From Phoronis australis (Eukaryota > Animalia > Phoronida): DNA of 36,359 nt. The translations under genes were made by a program, and so were the position numbers. Position 1 is the stretch's first letter, and every line of letters starts with the position of its first letter. Positions 22,201-35,168 of this stretch are shown here, in pieces. Under the pieces are notes generated by a model, which did not search any database, was not told the DNA's origin, and worked only from the letters and a program-made list of their open reading frames with translations. The stretch covers positions 435,233 to 471,591 of the forward strand of contig NMRA01000356.1 in NCBI GenBank assembly GCA_002633005.1, given 5' to 3'.

Positions 22201-25200
22201 TATAATAAAACTCAGTGTTAACACCAAATGGGATAAAGACGTCACTTGGGAGTGTAATAATAGCCACAGTACCCTTCCAAAATTTTAAAACAAGGCTCAC
22301 GTACGTCACCCACAGAGAAAAGAAAAGAAAAATTTCAGAACTCTTAATGAGAGCAAGAGGGTGCGCCACTGAACATGTCCTTCATAAGCCAACTGACCAT
22401 ATTCCAAGTGAGTGGTAAGCTTGTTCATTTCCTGTTTTTCTTCCAACCACTGCATGTACCAGATGAGGCCTTCATACGCAGCCATTAGGTGGTCAGTCAT
22501 AACTGACCTCTCAGTGGGATGCTTCCTACTCTTTGGAAGAGGCTGGAAAACAAAATGTTTAAAGTTGCTCAATCGTATAAAGACAGCTGTTACAACAATG
22601 TTTCCACTTCGGATCATGGGTGTTCAAGCTAGCAAAGGTCATTTCTGCCAACAGTCAGGCGACAGCATGTCACTACCATGAAAATCATTCATACACTGGC
22701 GTCAGAAAACAGCAATCAGTGCAGCATCAGGAAAAATATTTTTTTTCCATTACTCAATGTTTTTCAATAACAGCCAGCAATCTCCAGATGATCAGCAGAT
22801 AGGTGGCTAATTTCAGTCAGTTGGCAGACACCAATGGCCATCGCCCGATAATCAGCTTACGACCAATAAATACATCGACGTAGGAATTGTAGCAACTTCA
22901 CATCTTTCACTACTTCTGATAAGACAAAAAATTGTCCACTCAAAAATAGCTCAGATGGTCTCATACACGTTGCATCAGACATGCGCAGGCAACTGAGCTG
23001 GGCACATTACACCAAACACCTAAAACCCTAAAGTTTTCCATTTATTAACAAACACAATACACAAATTAAGACTTGACTGAGGAGCTAGAGACCTGACTCA
23101 AGGGCCAAGCAGTAGGTTCCAATCGGATTTGAACTCATGATCTTGAGAACAGGAGGTGGGCACTTAACCCACTAGGCCACACTGTCTCCACATGAAACTC
23201 ACCTGGTAGGTTTGGCTAAACATCGCCCGAAATATAACCCAAGACATAATGCGAAACCAGTGCTAATCCACTGCGTCACGACAACATACAGCAAAAAATC
23301 GTGAACACACCCAAATGGTATCACCAAATCACCAGCTGATGACTAAAGACACCTCCTCATGATCTGCTGACGCACAATCGTTGCAAATAAAAATAGAGTC
23401 ATGCGAGAAAAATAGGTGTGTAGCCGAAAAATTTTAGCATTGCCGCATGGTGCAATGATTGGCGATTGATAAAGCCGATGCCTTGTCACTATCAGGCATT
23501 TGAATGGGAATAGTTAAGTGTTTGCTAAATTTTAGCTGGAAATCCTTTAAAATAAATTATTATAGAGGATCCAAGTAAGGGACCTACTGCCTTAATAGTG
23601 TGCTGAGCCTCCTGTAGACGACCCTGTGACATGAGTAGGAATACCAACTGTAGGACAACTTCATTAGGTTGTAATTCACTTAACAGCTTGAACTGGCTAA
23701 ATAAAAGAGACAAAATTAATCTAGTGAAAACATAGGTTCCAAACAGTTATAGCATCAATTGGGATCAAAATTCCTTAACTAAGAACACTGAAAATGCAGG
23801 GCACCTTTGAAAAAAAAGGAATTTGGTTACTATAAAAACGAAAACCTCACAAATTGTTAAATTGAAATTTGTTAAGAAAAAATCCCTTACTCTTCCAAAG
23901 AATTTTGAAAATATGAAATCTACATCCTTTTTTAGAAGACACTGTCCTAATATGAGGAATTTTAACTATCAGTTTATAACATTCACTGAGATTGTAATTT
24001 CTGACACACAGTAAAACAAAATTAATCACACCTCATACTTTATTAACATAAAACACTCTTGGAAGGAACTATAGACACCAGCGAAGACTGCTTGAAAACA
24101 TATGTAACTACAAAATGTCCACACTAAATGGTTACAACATGATATCTAGCGGAACTACGACCTTTAAAAGTTTCAAGTGGGAAACTGAGCAATACAATGT
24201 CATACAAATTGCTTACATGCAAACATATGTTTCACTAACACACCTGACAAGTTTCTCAAAATGATGAAAATTCTGACGGGCCACAGGATCATTCTGGAAG
24301 ACTAGACAGCTTGCCTAAAAGACGAAAGAAAACAAACAATATTGTCAAGGACTAGCAGATTTAGTATTTATTAATGATTCTTCTGTCACCTACAGAATTG
24401 GAATTGTGATAGATGCTTCTGAAGTTCACAGTAAAAGAATCCCGTCAACAATACAAAATTGATGAATCTCTTCCTACTCTTCTAGCTCTCACTATGCAAT
24501 CAGAAAAATGTCATCCCCAAACACATTTGTTTATTTTCTGTTGTTAACGGTAACCATGTTTTGCTTGAAGGTTGTGCCCTTTCTAGTCCTGTGGGGATCT
24601 TAGGCGCATGGTTTTCCCAACCCAAAATTAATTGAACTTTGCACCTAGCTGATGAAAGCAATAATTATTAATCAAGCGTCAAAAATTTGCTTTCTACTTC
24701 AAGCCTTTTGTATTTTCACCCAGGACATTATTAACATACTATGGCACATCATCTAACTCTTATTAAAAATGAAAAGTGGAAAAATAAAAGTTTTTACCAT
24801 ACTGAGAGTTTGAGCAGTGCGACTGCGAGCGTCTACAGTGTGGTTCTATGGGTAACAAACTGGACACAAACCTTCCACAGGGCTTCCATAGCAGGCTGTG
24901 TGTTTCTTCGTTGCTCTTCTCTAGTCAGAGCAACGAGTACCTTAGTCACCTCTGACCACCTGTGAGTCACAAGGGTTTCCCTCAGCAACAGCAGTATCTG
25001 TGGAATGACACTGGTTTGATTCCTTGTGGAAAACAGAGTCTCAAGGGGATCGCCTGAAAAGAAATAAAGTGACTCATCACGCATAAGAGAAGATCATCTC
25101 AACAGTAAATGAATTAATGTAAAAGCCCAAATATCGAGAATAACATGTTTTTGAATAAAAGAAACAAGTACATTCTTGCTTGGATTGGTCACATGTCTTC

Positions 25201-28200
25201 CCCATTGTGAGCAGAAGCTATGCTAATGATATCTCAAACCTTATTCATTTGTCATTTTTTAAATATTTCAAATATGTCTAGCAATATACCCTATCTTCAT
25301 TCTCAGGGAACTTCAAATACGAAATATGTATAGAGGAGCAAAAAAAAAAAACATTTAGCAGAACCACCTTGGAACCGCAAAACCACATGGAAATTTGTTT
25401 ACTACTTATACGAAGTCAAAGGTTACAGGGCTGTCACTCAAATCAAATCTCCTGGTGCCAGGCATAGAATAGTTTCGTATATACCCTCAATCCTTTCATT
25501 CACCATATCACCATAATATTGAGTCAACGACTTAGCGCGGAAAACGAAGACAAAACATAGTTTTTATCCTGGGGGAGTTGTGCGTCTGTGTGCACACGAC
25601 CATTGAGAATGAATGCACCAAGTCCCAGTCGCTGAACTGTCTCTGTGGCTAACACATCAAGTTGTTCAAAAGATAAATCCAACCCTGAAATTCATTAATT
25701 TGATCGGTAATTTAACATTTCGCTGTTTCGATTTCATGATCACGGTGCACTTTAATCACCGACTTTATTTCTATTGCCCATTTAGTACTTGATTTCTTGA
25801 TATCTTTCTCTCCAGTGCGCAGTGTGTATTCAATGAACTGTTGGCCTACTTACTGTTGACTCCGCCTTTTAACCTAAATAACACGAGGTACAGGAAACCC
25901 ATGTACAAAATTAAAACATTTTAGTGATAATTAAATTAATTACCCACAGCAAATTCAGTGTTAATGTAGAAATAGTGAACATGGTTAAGGCATGTTTAGA
26001 TGATATTGACTAGAAAATAAGTTTTCATCCAATAATTAACCAAACACCTTGAGATTTTTACATCTGATAACTTAATCCTTTTTTCTCAGCTTCGGCAAAT
26101 TGACTTAATTTGAACTTTTAAAAGAACATGAGCTCTTGATAGCAGCATGGTGGAACTTTCCAAACTTAAAATTTATTTATTTCAAAAACGTCCTTTGAAT
26201 TTTTGACACAGACAAATACAACTGCTATTTTTGCAAGTTAATTTGTCATAGAAACCAAACTAAAAGACTTATTGAAAATTCCTAAAAGCATTTTTGAGGT
26301 AACTGGTAAAGTTAAAAAGGCTTCATTAAAATCGACCAAGAGGTTACCTTGAGATGAATGTACCTTTCTTAAAAATGAAATTCTGGCTAGGAAAAGGTGT
26401 TAACAAAATAATAGTAATAATAATAATGGCACATAAACATAAAACATATACAATCCGTTATCATTTTTCTTTCAGGAAATATTTACTTTTACTAGTTGAC
26501 AAGCCTGGTTTTTTGATATCCAAGTTAGGATGGTGGCCACTATATAGGGAACTACTGAGTACATTGAAATATCTAGTGTTTTGTACAGTAATTAATCTAT
26601 TTCATAACTGCTACGATGAAGACAACAAATATCAATTGCTATCAATCATGCTTTTCAAAAATGTCAATGCTGCCACTTTGGATACGAATTCTACTTCTTT
26701 TGTTGAAAGAGACAATTTCAATAAAACATTTGCAATCTTTCTCTAATCGTGTGAAGAGCTTCTCCTCATTGTCAGTTATACTATGGAATAGTTAACAGTG
26801 TATCCAAGGAAGTCAACAAACTTTATGAGTGGCAAGATAACTATAGTGCTGGCACCACACTATTTGAACTGATCTGATGTTAGGAAGACGGCAATGGTTA
26901 AGTAATTTATGAATGGGCTCAATTAAGACTTGACATCATGGATAGAACGCGCGCTATGTGTTACACTTCATTTCTCCAGAGGGTCCTTTCTGATTCTGAG
27001 ACTCCATGGTGGCTACAGTTTCATTGAATCATTGGAATCGCATTGAAAAAACATGTACTGGTAGTAGTGCTAAGCAGTCTTTTCCGCCAGATTTGTTTTG
27101 CGATTGTGGAACTTAACAACAGTAACTATGGTGGGTGTGTCACTACTAGTGTTTGTCATAAATACCCACTAGTGAAACANGAGAGTTTGAGCAGTGCAAC
27201 TGCAAGCGTCTACAGTGTGGCTTTATGGGTAACAAACTGGACACAAACCTTCCACATGGCTTCCATAGCAGGCTGCGTGTTTCTTCGTTGCTCTTCTCTA
27301 GTCAGAGCAACGAGTACCTTAGTCACCTCTAACCACCTGTGAGTCACAAGGGTTTCCCTTAGCAACAGCAGTATCTGTGGAATGACACTGGTTTGATTCC
27401 TAGTGGAGAACAGAGTCTCAAGGGGATCGCCTGAAAAGAAATAAAGAGACTCATCACGCATAAGAGAAGATCATCTCAACAGTAAATGAATTAGTGTAAA
27501 AGCCCAAATATCGAGAATAACATGTTTTTGAAGAAAAGAAACAAGTACATTCTTACTTCGATTGGTCACATGTCTTCCCCATTGTGAGCAGAAGCTAGTA
27601 TGCTAAAGATATCTCAAACCTTATTCATAAAATTTGTCATTTTTAAAATATTTCAAATATGTCTAGCAAAATACCCTATCTTCATTCTCAGGGAACTTCA
27701 AATACGAAATATGTACCGAGGAGCGAAAAAAACATTTAGCAGAACCACATGGAAATTTGTTTACTACTTATACGAAGTCAAAGGTTACAGGGCTGTCACT
27801 CACATCGAATCTCCAGGTGCCAGGCATAGAGTAGTTTCGTATGTACCCTCAATCCTTTCATTCACCGAATCACCATAATATTGAGTCAACGACTTGTCGC
27901 AGAAAACTAAGACAAAACATAGTTTTTATCCTGGGGGATTTGTGTGCACACGACCATTGAGAATGAATGCACCAAGTCCCAGTCGCTGAACTGTCTCTTT
28001 GTCTAAGAGTTCACTAACAAATCAAGTGGTTCAAAAGATAAATCCTCCCCGAAATTCATTAATTTGATCGGTAATCTAACATTTCGCTGTTTCAATCTCA
28101 TGATCACGGTGCACTTTAATCACTGACTTGATTTCTATTGTCCATTTAGTACTTGATTTCTTTATATCTTTCTCTCCAATGCGCAGTAAGTATTCAATGA

Positions 28201-31200
28201 ATTATTGGCCTACTTACTGTTGACTCCGCCTTTTAACCTAGATAACACAAGGTACAGGAAACCCATGTACAAAATTAAAACATTTTAGTGATAATTAAGT
28301 TAATTACCCACTGCAAATTCAGTGTGAATGTTGAAAGAGTGAACATGGTTAAGGCATGTTTAGATGATATTGACTAGAAAACAAGTTTTCACCCAATAAT
28401 TAACCAAACACCTTGAGATTTTTACATCTGATAACTTAATCCTTTTCTCTCAGCTTCGGCAAATTGACTTAATTTGAACTTTTAAAAGAACATGAGCTCT
28501 TGATAACAGCTTGGTGGAACTTTCCAAACTTAATATTTATTTATTTCAAAAACGTTGTTTGAATTTTTGACACAGACAAATACAACTGCTATTTTTGCAA
28601 GTTAATTTGTCATAGAAACCAAACTAAAAGACTTATTGAAAATTCCTAAAAGCATTTTTGAGGTAACTGGTAAAGTTAAAAAGGCTTCATTAAAATCGAC
28701 CAAGAGGTTACCTTGAGATGAATGCACCTTTTTTAAAAATGAAATTCTGGCTTGTACAAGGTGTTAACATAATAATAGTAATAACAATAATGGCACATAA
28801 ACATAAAACACATATAATCCGTTATCTATTTTCTTTCAGGAAATATTTACTTTTACTAGATGACAAGCCTGTTTTTTTGATATCCAAGTTAGGATGGTGG
28901 CCACTACATAGGGAACTACTGAGTACATTGAAATATTTAGTGTTTTATACAGTAATTAATCTATTTCATAACTGCTAAGAGTAAGACAACAAATATCAAT
29001 TGCTATCAATCATGCTTTTCAAAAATGTCAATGCTACCACTTTGGATACAAATTCTACTTCTTTTGTTGAAAGAGACAATTTCAATAAAACGTTTGCAAT
29101 CTTTCTCTAATCGTGTGAAGAGCTTCTCCTCATTGTCAGTTATGCTATGGAATAGTTAACAGTGTATCCAATTAAGTCAGTTATGCTATGGAATAGTTAA
29201 CGGTGCATCCAATTAAGTCAGTTATGCTATGGAATAGTTAACGGTGCATCCAATTAAGTCAACAAACTTTAAGAGTGGCAAGATAACTATAGTGCTGGCA
29301 CCACACTATTTGAACTGATCTGATGTCAGTAAGACACTCAGTTGATGGCAATGGTTAAGTAATTTATGAATGGGCTCAATTAAGACTTGACATCATGGAT
29401 AGAACGCGCGCTATGTGTTACACTTCATTTCTCCAGAGGGTCCTTTCTGATTCTGAGACTCCATGGTGGCTACAGTTTCATTGAATCATTGGAATCGCAT
29501 TGAAAAAACATGTACCGGTAGTAGTGCTAAGCAGTCTTTTCCGCCAGATTTGTTTTGCGATTGTGGAACTTAACAACAGTAACTATGGTGGGTGTGTCAC
29601 TAATAGTGTTTGTCAGAAATACCCACTAGTGAAACAAAAAAGTCAAGACTGAACATTTAACGTGAACATAACATTCAGTTTGTACAAACCTGCATGTCTG
29701 CTAGCACTGCACATCTCATTAAGGAATTCTGACACTCCATCACCACTACCATCACCATCAGTGCAGTCATCTTTTGAATTCAACAAGTACTTGAGGATTT
29801 CAATCTAGGATAACAGTAGAGAGATTCTAAGGGATCATGATTATTGAATCAGCAAATTCTTTAGTTATTTCAAACAAATACAACAGCTTCTTGACACACC
29901 TATCATTAAACTAACCTGATTGCTAACACATGTATGCACAGGCAGCCAAGTTTTGCCTCTACCAGCTTTCCATGACATCATAGAGCAAGAGGATTGTTAA
30001 CTCCTCAGACCTAAGCTCAATCCATCCCATAGTGAATTCCCAGAATACAACAGCGTTATCTCTGATTCTGTGTTTTTTACCCACAATGCTGCACGTCCAT
30101 AGGGCACTTGGCCACAATAGTACACTACAGCAACACTAATCATTACTTTGCATTAGATTGCAGTGCAAATTTTTCCCATCAAGAGTTGCAACAGTAATAC
30201 TCCATTGACACTGGAATGGAGTAATAAAGCCAAGACAAACTTGTAAAGAATACGACAACAACAAAGAACATGGTGTGAAAACCATGAGGCTTCAAAAATA
30301 CCTGAGGGATATTGTGGCATTGTGGTTAACACAGCATGATTTAAGTGCCGCTGTATAATCCGGGACGGCCCTATTCATCGCTACTAATTCGTTGTAAATA
30401 GCTTCACACCTCTGCCAGTCAACTGATTGACAAACATATTTGTAAACTTAAATTAAGTTATACCAAATGTATTCTGTTAAGATAGGTAGTAACAGTTTTT
30501 GGACATACACATTTTTTGCTCGGGGTCATCCATAGAAGAAGTGAGAATTTGCTGCCAACTTGGAAACGTGTTTTGCTGTTAGATTTCAGGTTCCCATTAC
30601 ACTGCCCCCATTTGATTTTTGGATGTCTATTGGTGACACAACTATATAAAGTGCAACCAGTTAAATCAGAATCAAGGTCCGTCTTTGCAAGTCGACTGTT
30701 ATGGGCCAAAATAAAATTTTTTGGACGCTTACCAAATGCCAACTGGATCTCATATGCAAAGGGTTATTTGGTTGTGTAAAATAAAAAAAGAATTATCAAA
30801 ATTGAACCGTGTTTGAGAAATTTATACATGTTTTGTCTCTGAACTTCATACATTGTTAGCATTACGAGTGGCCATTTTAAAAATTCCAATTTCCTAGAGT
30901 CTACAGTAGAAACGAAATTTATTTTATTAAGTAAGCAATTTTTTGATTTGACTAGGAATATCGTAACTCCTCAAGTCAATTTCAGAATCACTTCGATGAA
31001 GTTGTGCTTTGTCATTGAGAAATGGTAGGGTTCATCCTAAAACAGGCACTAATTGTTACGAAATTTGTAATTTATGTGCTTCTAACCCTCATCTACTGTA
31101 ATGAAGGTTAAAAAAGTAAATACTATTAAACTGTAGGAAATTATTCATTACCTAAACAAACCAAAGTTTGGACATCAACTGTGTTCTGTTAAAAAAAGAC

Positions 31201-34064
31201 CAAAAAGGCAAGCAAAATATAGTGTACGTACCCCCAAGAGAAATTCAGTAACACAAATGGGGATTGCAGATGTAATTATTGTCTTTTAAATAACAGGGTG
31301 CTCATTATCATCAAGGAAAAATAAATGGCCACACAACATAATGTTACAATGAGATGCAGAAACGGTGATGTAGTGTACATAGGACAATGTTAACAAGTAC
31401 CATAAAAGCTAAAGTATTACACGGTAAGTGAGCAACATTGGTCACAGTTTCCTACCTTAAAATGTTATGTTAAAAGGGTGCTTATTACAAATAGTTTTGT
31501 TTTGCGTGAAATATTAGCATTTGTGCAATCTACATATCCCTATATTTTAACATGTGCCTATTTTCAAAGAATAGCATATAAGCACATGAATACTGTACTT
31601 TTTATTTGTTCTCTTTGAATAGGTTTGGTAAATGAACTAACTCTCATGAGATTCTAAGTATTTAATTATAAACCTGACATGTCACTGAAATGTAGTCTAC
31701 GTACCCCTGTGTAGTGTATGTACCTCTGTGTAGTGTACTTACTTTCAACCCCTGTGCTATAAAATAGTGCCAGCAAGTACTTAAACATACTGCTGTTCTC
31801 ATGAACAATGCTGGTATGTCCAAAATGCATCCAGTCTGACAAAAAACAATGGACATTATCAAATTTGTGAGCCACAGAATGCCACATAGGACTTAGCCAG
31901 TAACATCCCAGAAGACACATCATGTGACAACTGATGTTGCAAAGGCAGGTGCTCTATCTCGCAAGACAACTTGCAGCAAACCAACAGTGGCAGCACAAAA
32001 TTTGAGACCATCCGAGGCATTCATCTTTAAAGAATCATATTGCATATATTATATTGTGTTAAGATATGTAATGCATCATCATCTAGAACAGCACGGTGAT
32101 AATTTTTCTAGTTTTAGTTTGTCCTTGATTGTACTTTACCCGACCTTCAACTAGACACTTCAGAGGTTTTTGTATATTAACTAAGCTTTGTTGTTTTTAT
32201 TTCCAATCATGAAACAATTAAAGGGTCATCTTTTTACACAATCCGCGAGACAGTTTGAATGTGGACCTTCTGAATTAATTGTAAAACAAGAGTGTTTCAC
32301 AGAATCTGAAACCAGTGCCCATTCCCATGTGGTATGATATCACAACTCCTCCAGCGTGCAGTGTTAAAAATGGCCAGTTGCCGATTTGGGCAACTGAATG
32401 ACTGACTGCTCAAAAAACAAGTTTGATTAACGGGAGTATTCGTTCTGGTGAATGGGGCCAAGTATACAAGGGAGTACCTCAAGGATCCATCCTGGGACCC
32501 TTTCTCTTAAATATCTTCATCAACGACATCTTTTTTTGAGAAAAAATCTATACTGGTCAACTACGCAGATGACAACACCCTCTCTTTCTCCGACATAAAC
32601 CCACTTTCCATAACCAAAAATCTAAGACAAGACAGCGAATCACTCATCAACTGGTTAGCTGCCAATGAGACGCAAAAAAATCTTGACAGATTCCAAGCAA
32701 TATGCATAGGTACAGAATGAACACATTCTGTAAATCTCTCTCCATTGGAAACTGCAAAATACCTAGTCAAACAAAAGTTACACTCCTGACAGCCATCAAT
32801 AGCAATCTAACCTTTGACTCCCATTTCTCGGACATTTGCAAAAAAGCCTCACTACAAATAAACGCTCTAAATATAATTGGACCATACGATAAATGGCAGA
32901 CTTGCCACTTTTCAGTCAACAGGGAATTTCGAAATTTGCATTACCGGTATTCCCTCACTTGCTAAATACACCATTTCATCGTTTTTATTTTATGTTGTTA
33001 ACCTGTATGCAATGTATTTGTTATCTTGTTTTAGAGCAACAGTGGTCCAAGTTTTTCAATGACAGATCTTTACACATGCCAACAAATTTGTCTTGAAATT
33101 TTCAAGGGTTCGTTTGTTGAAAAAAATCCCATTTTTGAGGGTCTAAATTTTAAATAACTCCAGAACCGTCCAACGGATTTCAAAAATTTAAAAAGTATTG
33201 CAAATGGCAGGTCAAGATCTATCACTTGAAACAAAGTCCATGCGTTTTTGATGAAATTGGCATTTTGGTTTGCAAACCCAACCTCTTAGCTGGCTCTGTT
33301 TTGTCTATTTCTACCGTAGCCTTGGTACAAAGCTGTATACAGCTTTGCACCCACCGTTGTTCTGCTGCTAAAGTTGTGGAGCGATCCTTAGCAACAGCTT
33401 TCGGCGCCATGAAATATTGTGTCACCTAATGGCCAATTTCTTTTTCACCGATTCTTGAATTCAACTGTTGTTCTTTCACAAGGTTGCATACACGTCACAA
33501 CAAATTATCGGAACTGGTTTCACTTCATTATGTTTTTAGAATTTTGATACCGAAAAACCGAATTTCAGAAGAAATTTTGCTGCTGCCAAGCTATCATCAT
33601 CTCCCGAAAGCTGTCACAAAAATTTAGGAAATTAATGCGTGTGTGCATGAAACGAGCGTACTATTTTCAAAAGAGTGACAAACTTTTCAAAAGGCGGAGA
33701 GTTACGCAAAAAAATGACGTTTGTTGCATTTTTTTTTTCACTTAAACGGCTGTAACGGGCAAGGTGAGTGTCGGTTGATTCCCAGATTTTGCATGCACCC
33801 AGTCTTTAGCTTTACACGTTGATATAAGTTTCACGGCGAGGTGACGAGCAGAACTACATTGGCAGTGTGACTGTGAGCCAGTGTGCATTTCGGGGTCTAC
33901 GGAAGAAATACACACATGCCGACACATGGTACCTAGCTGTATTATGACGACTTTCTTCATACATTCTACCGCACAGGACCAAAGTAAAAGCGCTGGAAAA
34001 TCACTGGACGATCACAGAACTGTGAAATTACCTGTTTTTTAATTGGAATGGAATTATCTGCCAT
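18980..34064 (-). CDS. TAF1A: TATA box-binding protein-associated factor RNA polymerase I subunit A (SL1/TIF-IB, TAFI48), 454 aa, spliced
   Basis: Exons 34064-34032, 29804-29690, 27430-27249 OR 25053-24872, 24314-24244, 23696-23588, 22542-22398, 21304-21162, 21056-20904, 20418-20355, 19994-19880 and 19214-18980 total 1365 nt in one open frame. Motifs AYEGLIWY, GAWDVFI, PNSHVFLY..ISVLK, IFNLLDY..NLDVW and W..RSDWWPPYHF follow vertebrate TAF1A in order. Confidence 0.9.
19880..19994 (-). CDS. TAF1A: TAF1A exon 10
   Basis: ttgtag|AA KEMGAAWDVIFNLLDYPCHKNNLDVWQIFLHDLQESN AG|gtgact. Confidence 0.9.
20355..20418 (-). CDS. TAF1A: TAF1A exon 9
   Basis: tttcag|NLQKLSPSDALMMDLHNLLKH A|gtaagt. Confidence 0.88.
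20904..21056 (-). CDS. TAF1A: TAF1A exon 8
   Basis: ccccag|LLEYYSNVDEVGDVLQTYYSTNPDSPNSHVFLYNHM..EKISVLK|gtaagt. Confidence 0.92.
21162..21304 (-). CDS. TAF1A: TAF1A exon 7
   Basis: gtacag|AC SHQQLNY..KGVKGAWDVFITKHVK|gtatgt. Confidence 0.9.
22398..22542 (-). CDS. TAF1A: TAF1A exon 6
   Basis: ttccag|PLPKS..LMAAYEGLIWYMQWLEEKQEM..LEY G|gtcagt. Confidence 0.88.
23115..23190 (-). mobile_element. tRNA-derived SINE head or tRNA pseudogene
   Basis: Minus-strand A box TGGCCTAGTGG (23169-23179) and B box GTTCAAATCC (23125-23134) at tRNA-like spacing; the acceptor stem does not pair. Confidence 0.55.
23588..23696 (-). CDS. TAF1A: TAF1A exon 5
   Basis: atttag|C QFKLLSELQPNEVVLQLVFLLMSQGRLQEAQHTIKA|gtaggt. 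Confidence 0.85.
24244..24314 (-). CDS. TAF1A: TAF1A exon 4
   Basis: ttttag|ASCLVFQNDPVARQNFHHFEKLV AG|gtgtgt; phase 0 to 2. Confidence 0.8.
24872..25053 (-). CDS. TAF1A: TAF1A exon 3, copy B
   Basis: Same exon with 6 substitutions (..THRWSEV..EALWK) and intact splice sites. Confidence 0.75.
27249..27430 (-). CDS. TAF1A: TAF1A exon 3, copy A
   Basis: tttcag|GC DPLETLF..LLRETLVTHRWLEV..EAMWK|gtttgt. Confidence 0.75.
29135..29257 (+). repeat. 3 x 41-bp tandem repeat
   Basis: GTCAGTTATGCTATGGAATAGTTAAC(A/G)GTG(T/C)ATCCAATTAA at 29135, 29176 and 29217; only one copy in the sister duplicate (~26771). Confidence 0.9.
29690..29804 (-). CDS. TAF1A: TAF1A exon 2
   Basis: tcctag|IEILKYLLNSKDDCTDGDGSGDGVSEFLNEMCSASRHA G|gtttgt; phase 0 to 1 matches exon 3. 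Confidence 0.75.
32415..32880 (+). mobile_element. Decayed CR1/L2-group LINE reverse transcriptase fragment
   Basis: KGVPQGSILGPFLLNIFINDI, NYADDNTL, LINWLAAN and NLTFDSHFSDICKKASLQINAL, with frameshifts. Confidence 0.9.
34032..34064 (-). CDS. TAF1A: TAF1A first coding exon
   Basis: aaaATGGCA start context, MADNSIPIKKQ|gtaatt; phase 0 fits the next exon. Inferred from context, not homology. Confidence 0.65.
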
Positions 34065-34121
34065 TTTAGACACATGGACTACTCGGCTCGAGAGCTGACT
34101 CAGGTCGCTGTCAACAGGTCG

Positions 34122-35117
34122 NNNNNNNNNNNNNNNNNNNNNNNNNNNNNNNNNNNNNNNNNNNNNNNNNNNNNNNNNNNNNNNNNNNNNNNNNNNNNNN
34201 NNNNNNNNNNNNNNNNNNNNNNNNNNNNNNNNNNNNNNNNNNNNNNNNNNNNNNNNNNNNNNNNNNNNNNNNNNNNNNNNNNNNNNNNNNNNNNNNNNNN
34301 NNNNNNNNNNNNNNNNNNNNNNNNNNNNNNNNNNNNNNNNNNNNNNNNNNNNNNNNNNNNNNNNNNNNNNNNNNNNNNNNNNNNNNNNNNNNNNNNNNNN
34401 NNNNNNNNNNNNNNNNNNNNNNNNNNNNNNNNNNNNNNNNNNNNNNNNNNNNNNNNNNNNNNNNNNNNNNNNNNNNNNNNNNNNNNNNNNNNNNNNNNNN
34501 NNNNNNNNNNNNNNNNNNNNNNNNNNNNNNNNNNNNNNNNNNNNNNNNNNNNNNNNNNNNNNNNNNNNNNNNNNNNNNNNNNNNNNNNNNNNNNNNNNNN
34601 NNNNNNNNNNNNNNNNNNNNNNNNNNNNNNNNNNNNNNNNNNNNNNNNNNNNNNNNNNNNNNNNNNNNNNNNNNNNNNNNNNNNNNNNNNNNNNNNNNNN
34701 NNNNNNNNNNNNNNNNNNNNNNNNNNNNNNNNNNNNNNNNNNNNNNNNNNNNNNNNNNNNNNNNNNNNNNNNNNNNNNNNNNNNNNNNNNNNNNNNNNNN
34801 NNNNNNNNNNNNNNNNNNNNNNNNNNNNNNNNNNNNNNNNNNNNNNNNNNNNNNNNNNNNNNNNNNNNNNNNNNNNNNNNNNNNNNNNNNNNNNNNNNNN
34901 NNNNNNNNNNNNNNNNNNNNNNNNNNNNNNNNNNNNNNNNNNNNNNNNNNNNNNNNNNNNNNNNNNNNNNNNNNNNNNNNNNNNNNNNNNNNNNNNNNNN
35001 NNNNNNNNNNNNNNNNNNNNNNNNNNNNNNNNNNNNNNNNNNNNNNNNNNNNNNNNNNNNNNNNNNNNNNNNNNNNNNNNNNNNNNNNNNNNNNNNNNNN
35101 NNNNNNNNNNNNNNNNN
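34122..35117. other. Assembly gap (996 N) covering the probable TAF1A promoter
   Basis: The N run begins 58 bp upstream of the TAF1A ATG. Confidence 0.98.
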
Positions 35118-35154
35118 CAATGTCAGTAAAAACGGCACCGACACTGCAATATCG

Positions 35155-35168
35155 GTTACCATGGTAAC
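35155..35168. promoter_or_regulatory. RFX X-box motif
   Basis: Perfect 14-bp palindrome GTTACCATGGTAAC fitting GTYNCY-AT-RGNAAC, in a CpG-containing stretch next to the promoter gap. Confidence 0.55.

Larger units (their letters stand above)
24804..29636. repeat. 2.4-kb tandem duplication (24804-27179 vs 27181-29636) joined at a single N; probable haplotype duplication
   Basis: Colinear near-identical copies with scattered SNPs and small indels; the junction is exactly the n at 27180. Confidence 0.9.

Noticed and set aside
26354-28978. Paired ORFs MNVPFLKMK../MNAPFLKMK..
   Set aside because: AT-rich intronic sequence antisense to TAF1A, duplicated with the segment. One copy has an early stop and neither has motifs.
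19215-34031. Intronic snoRNAs in TAF1A
   Set aside because: No convincing C/D box pair with a terminal stem was seen by eye. A snoscan/Infernal search would be needed.
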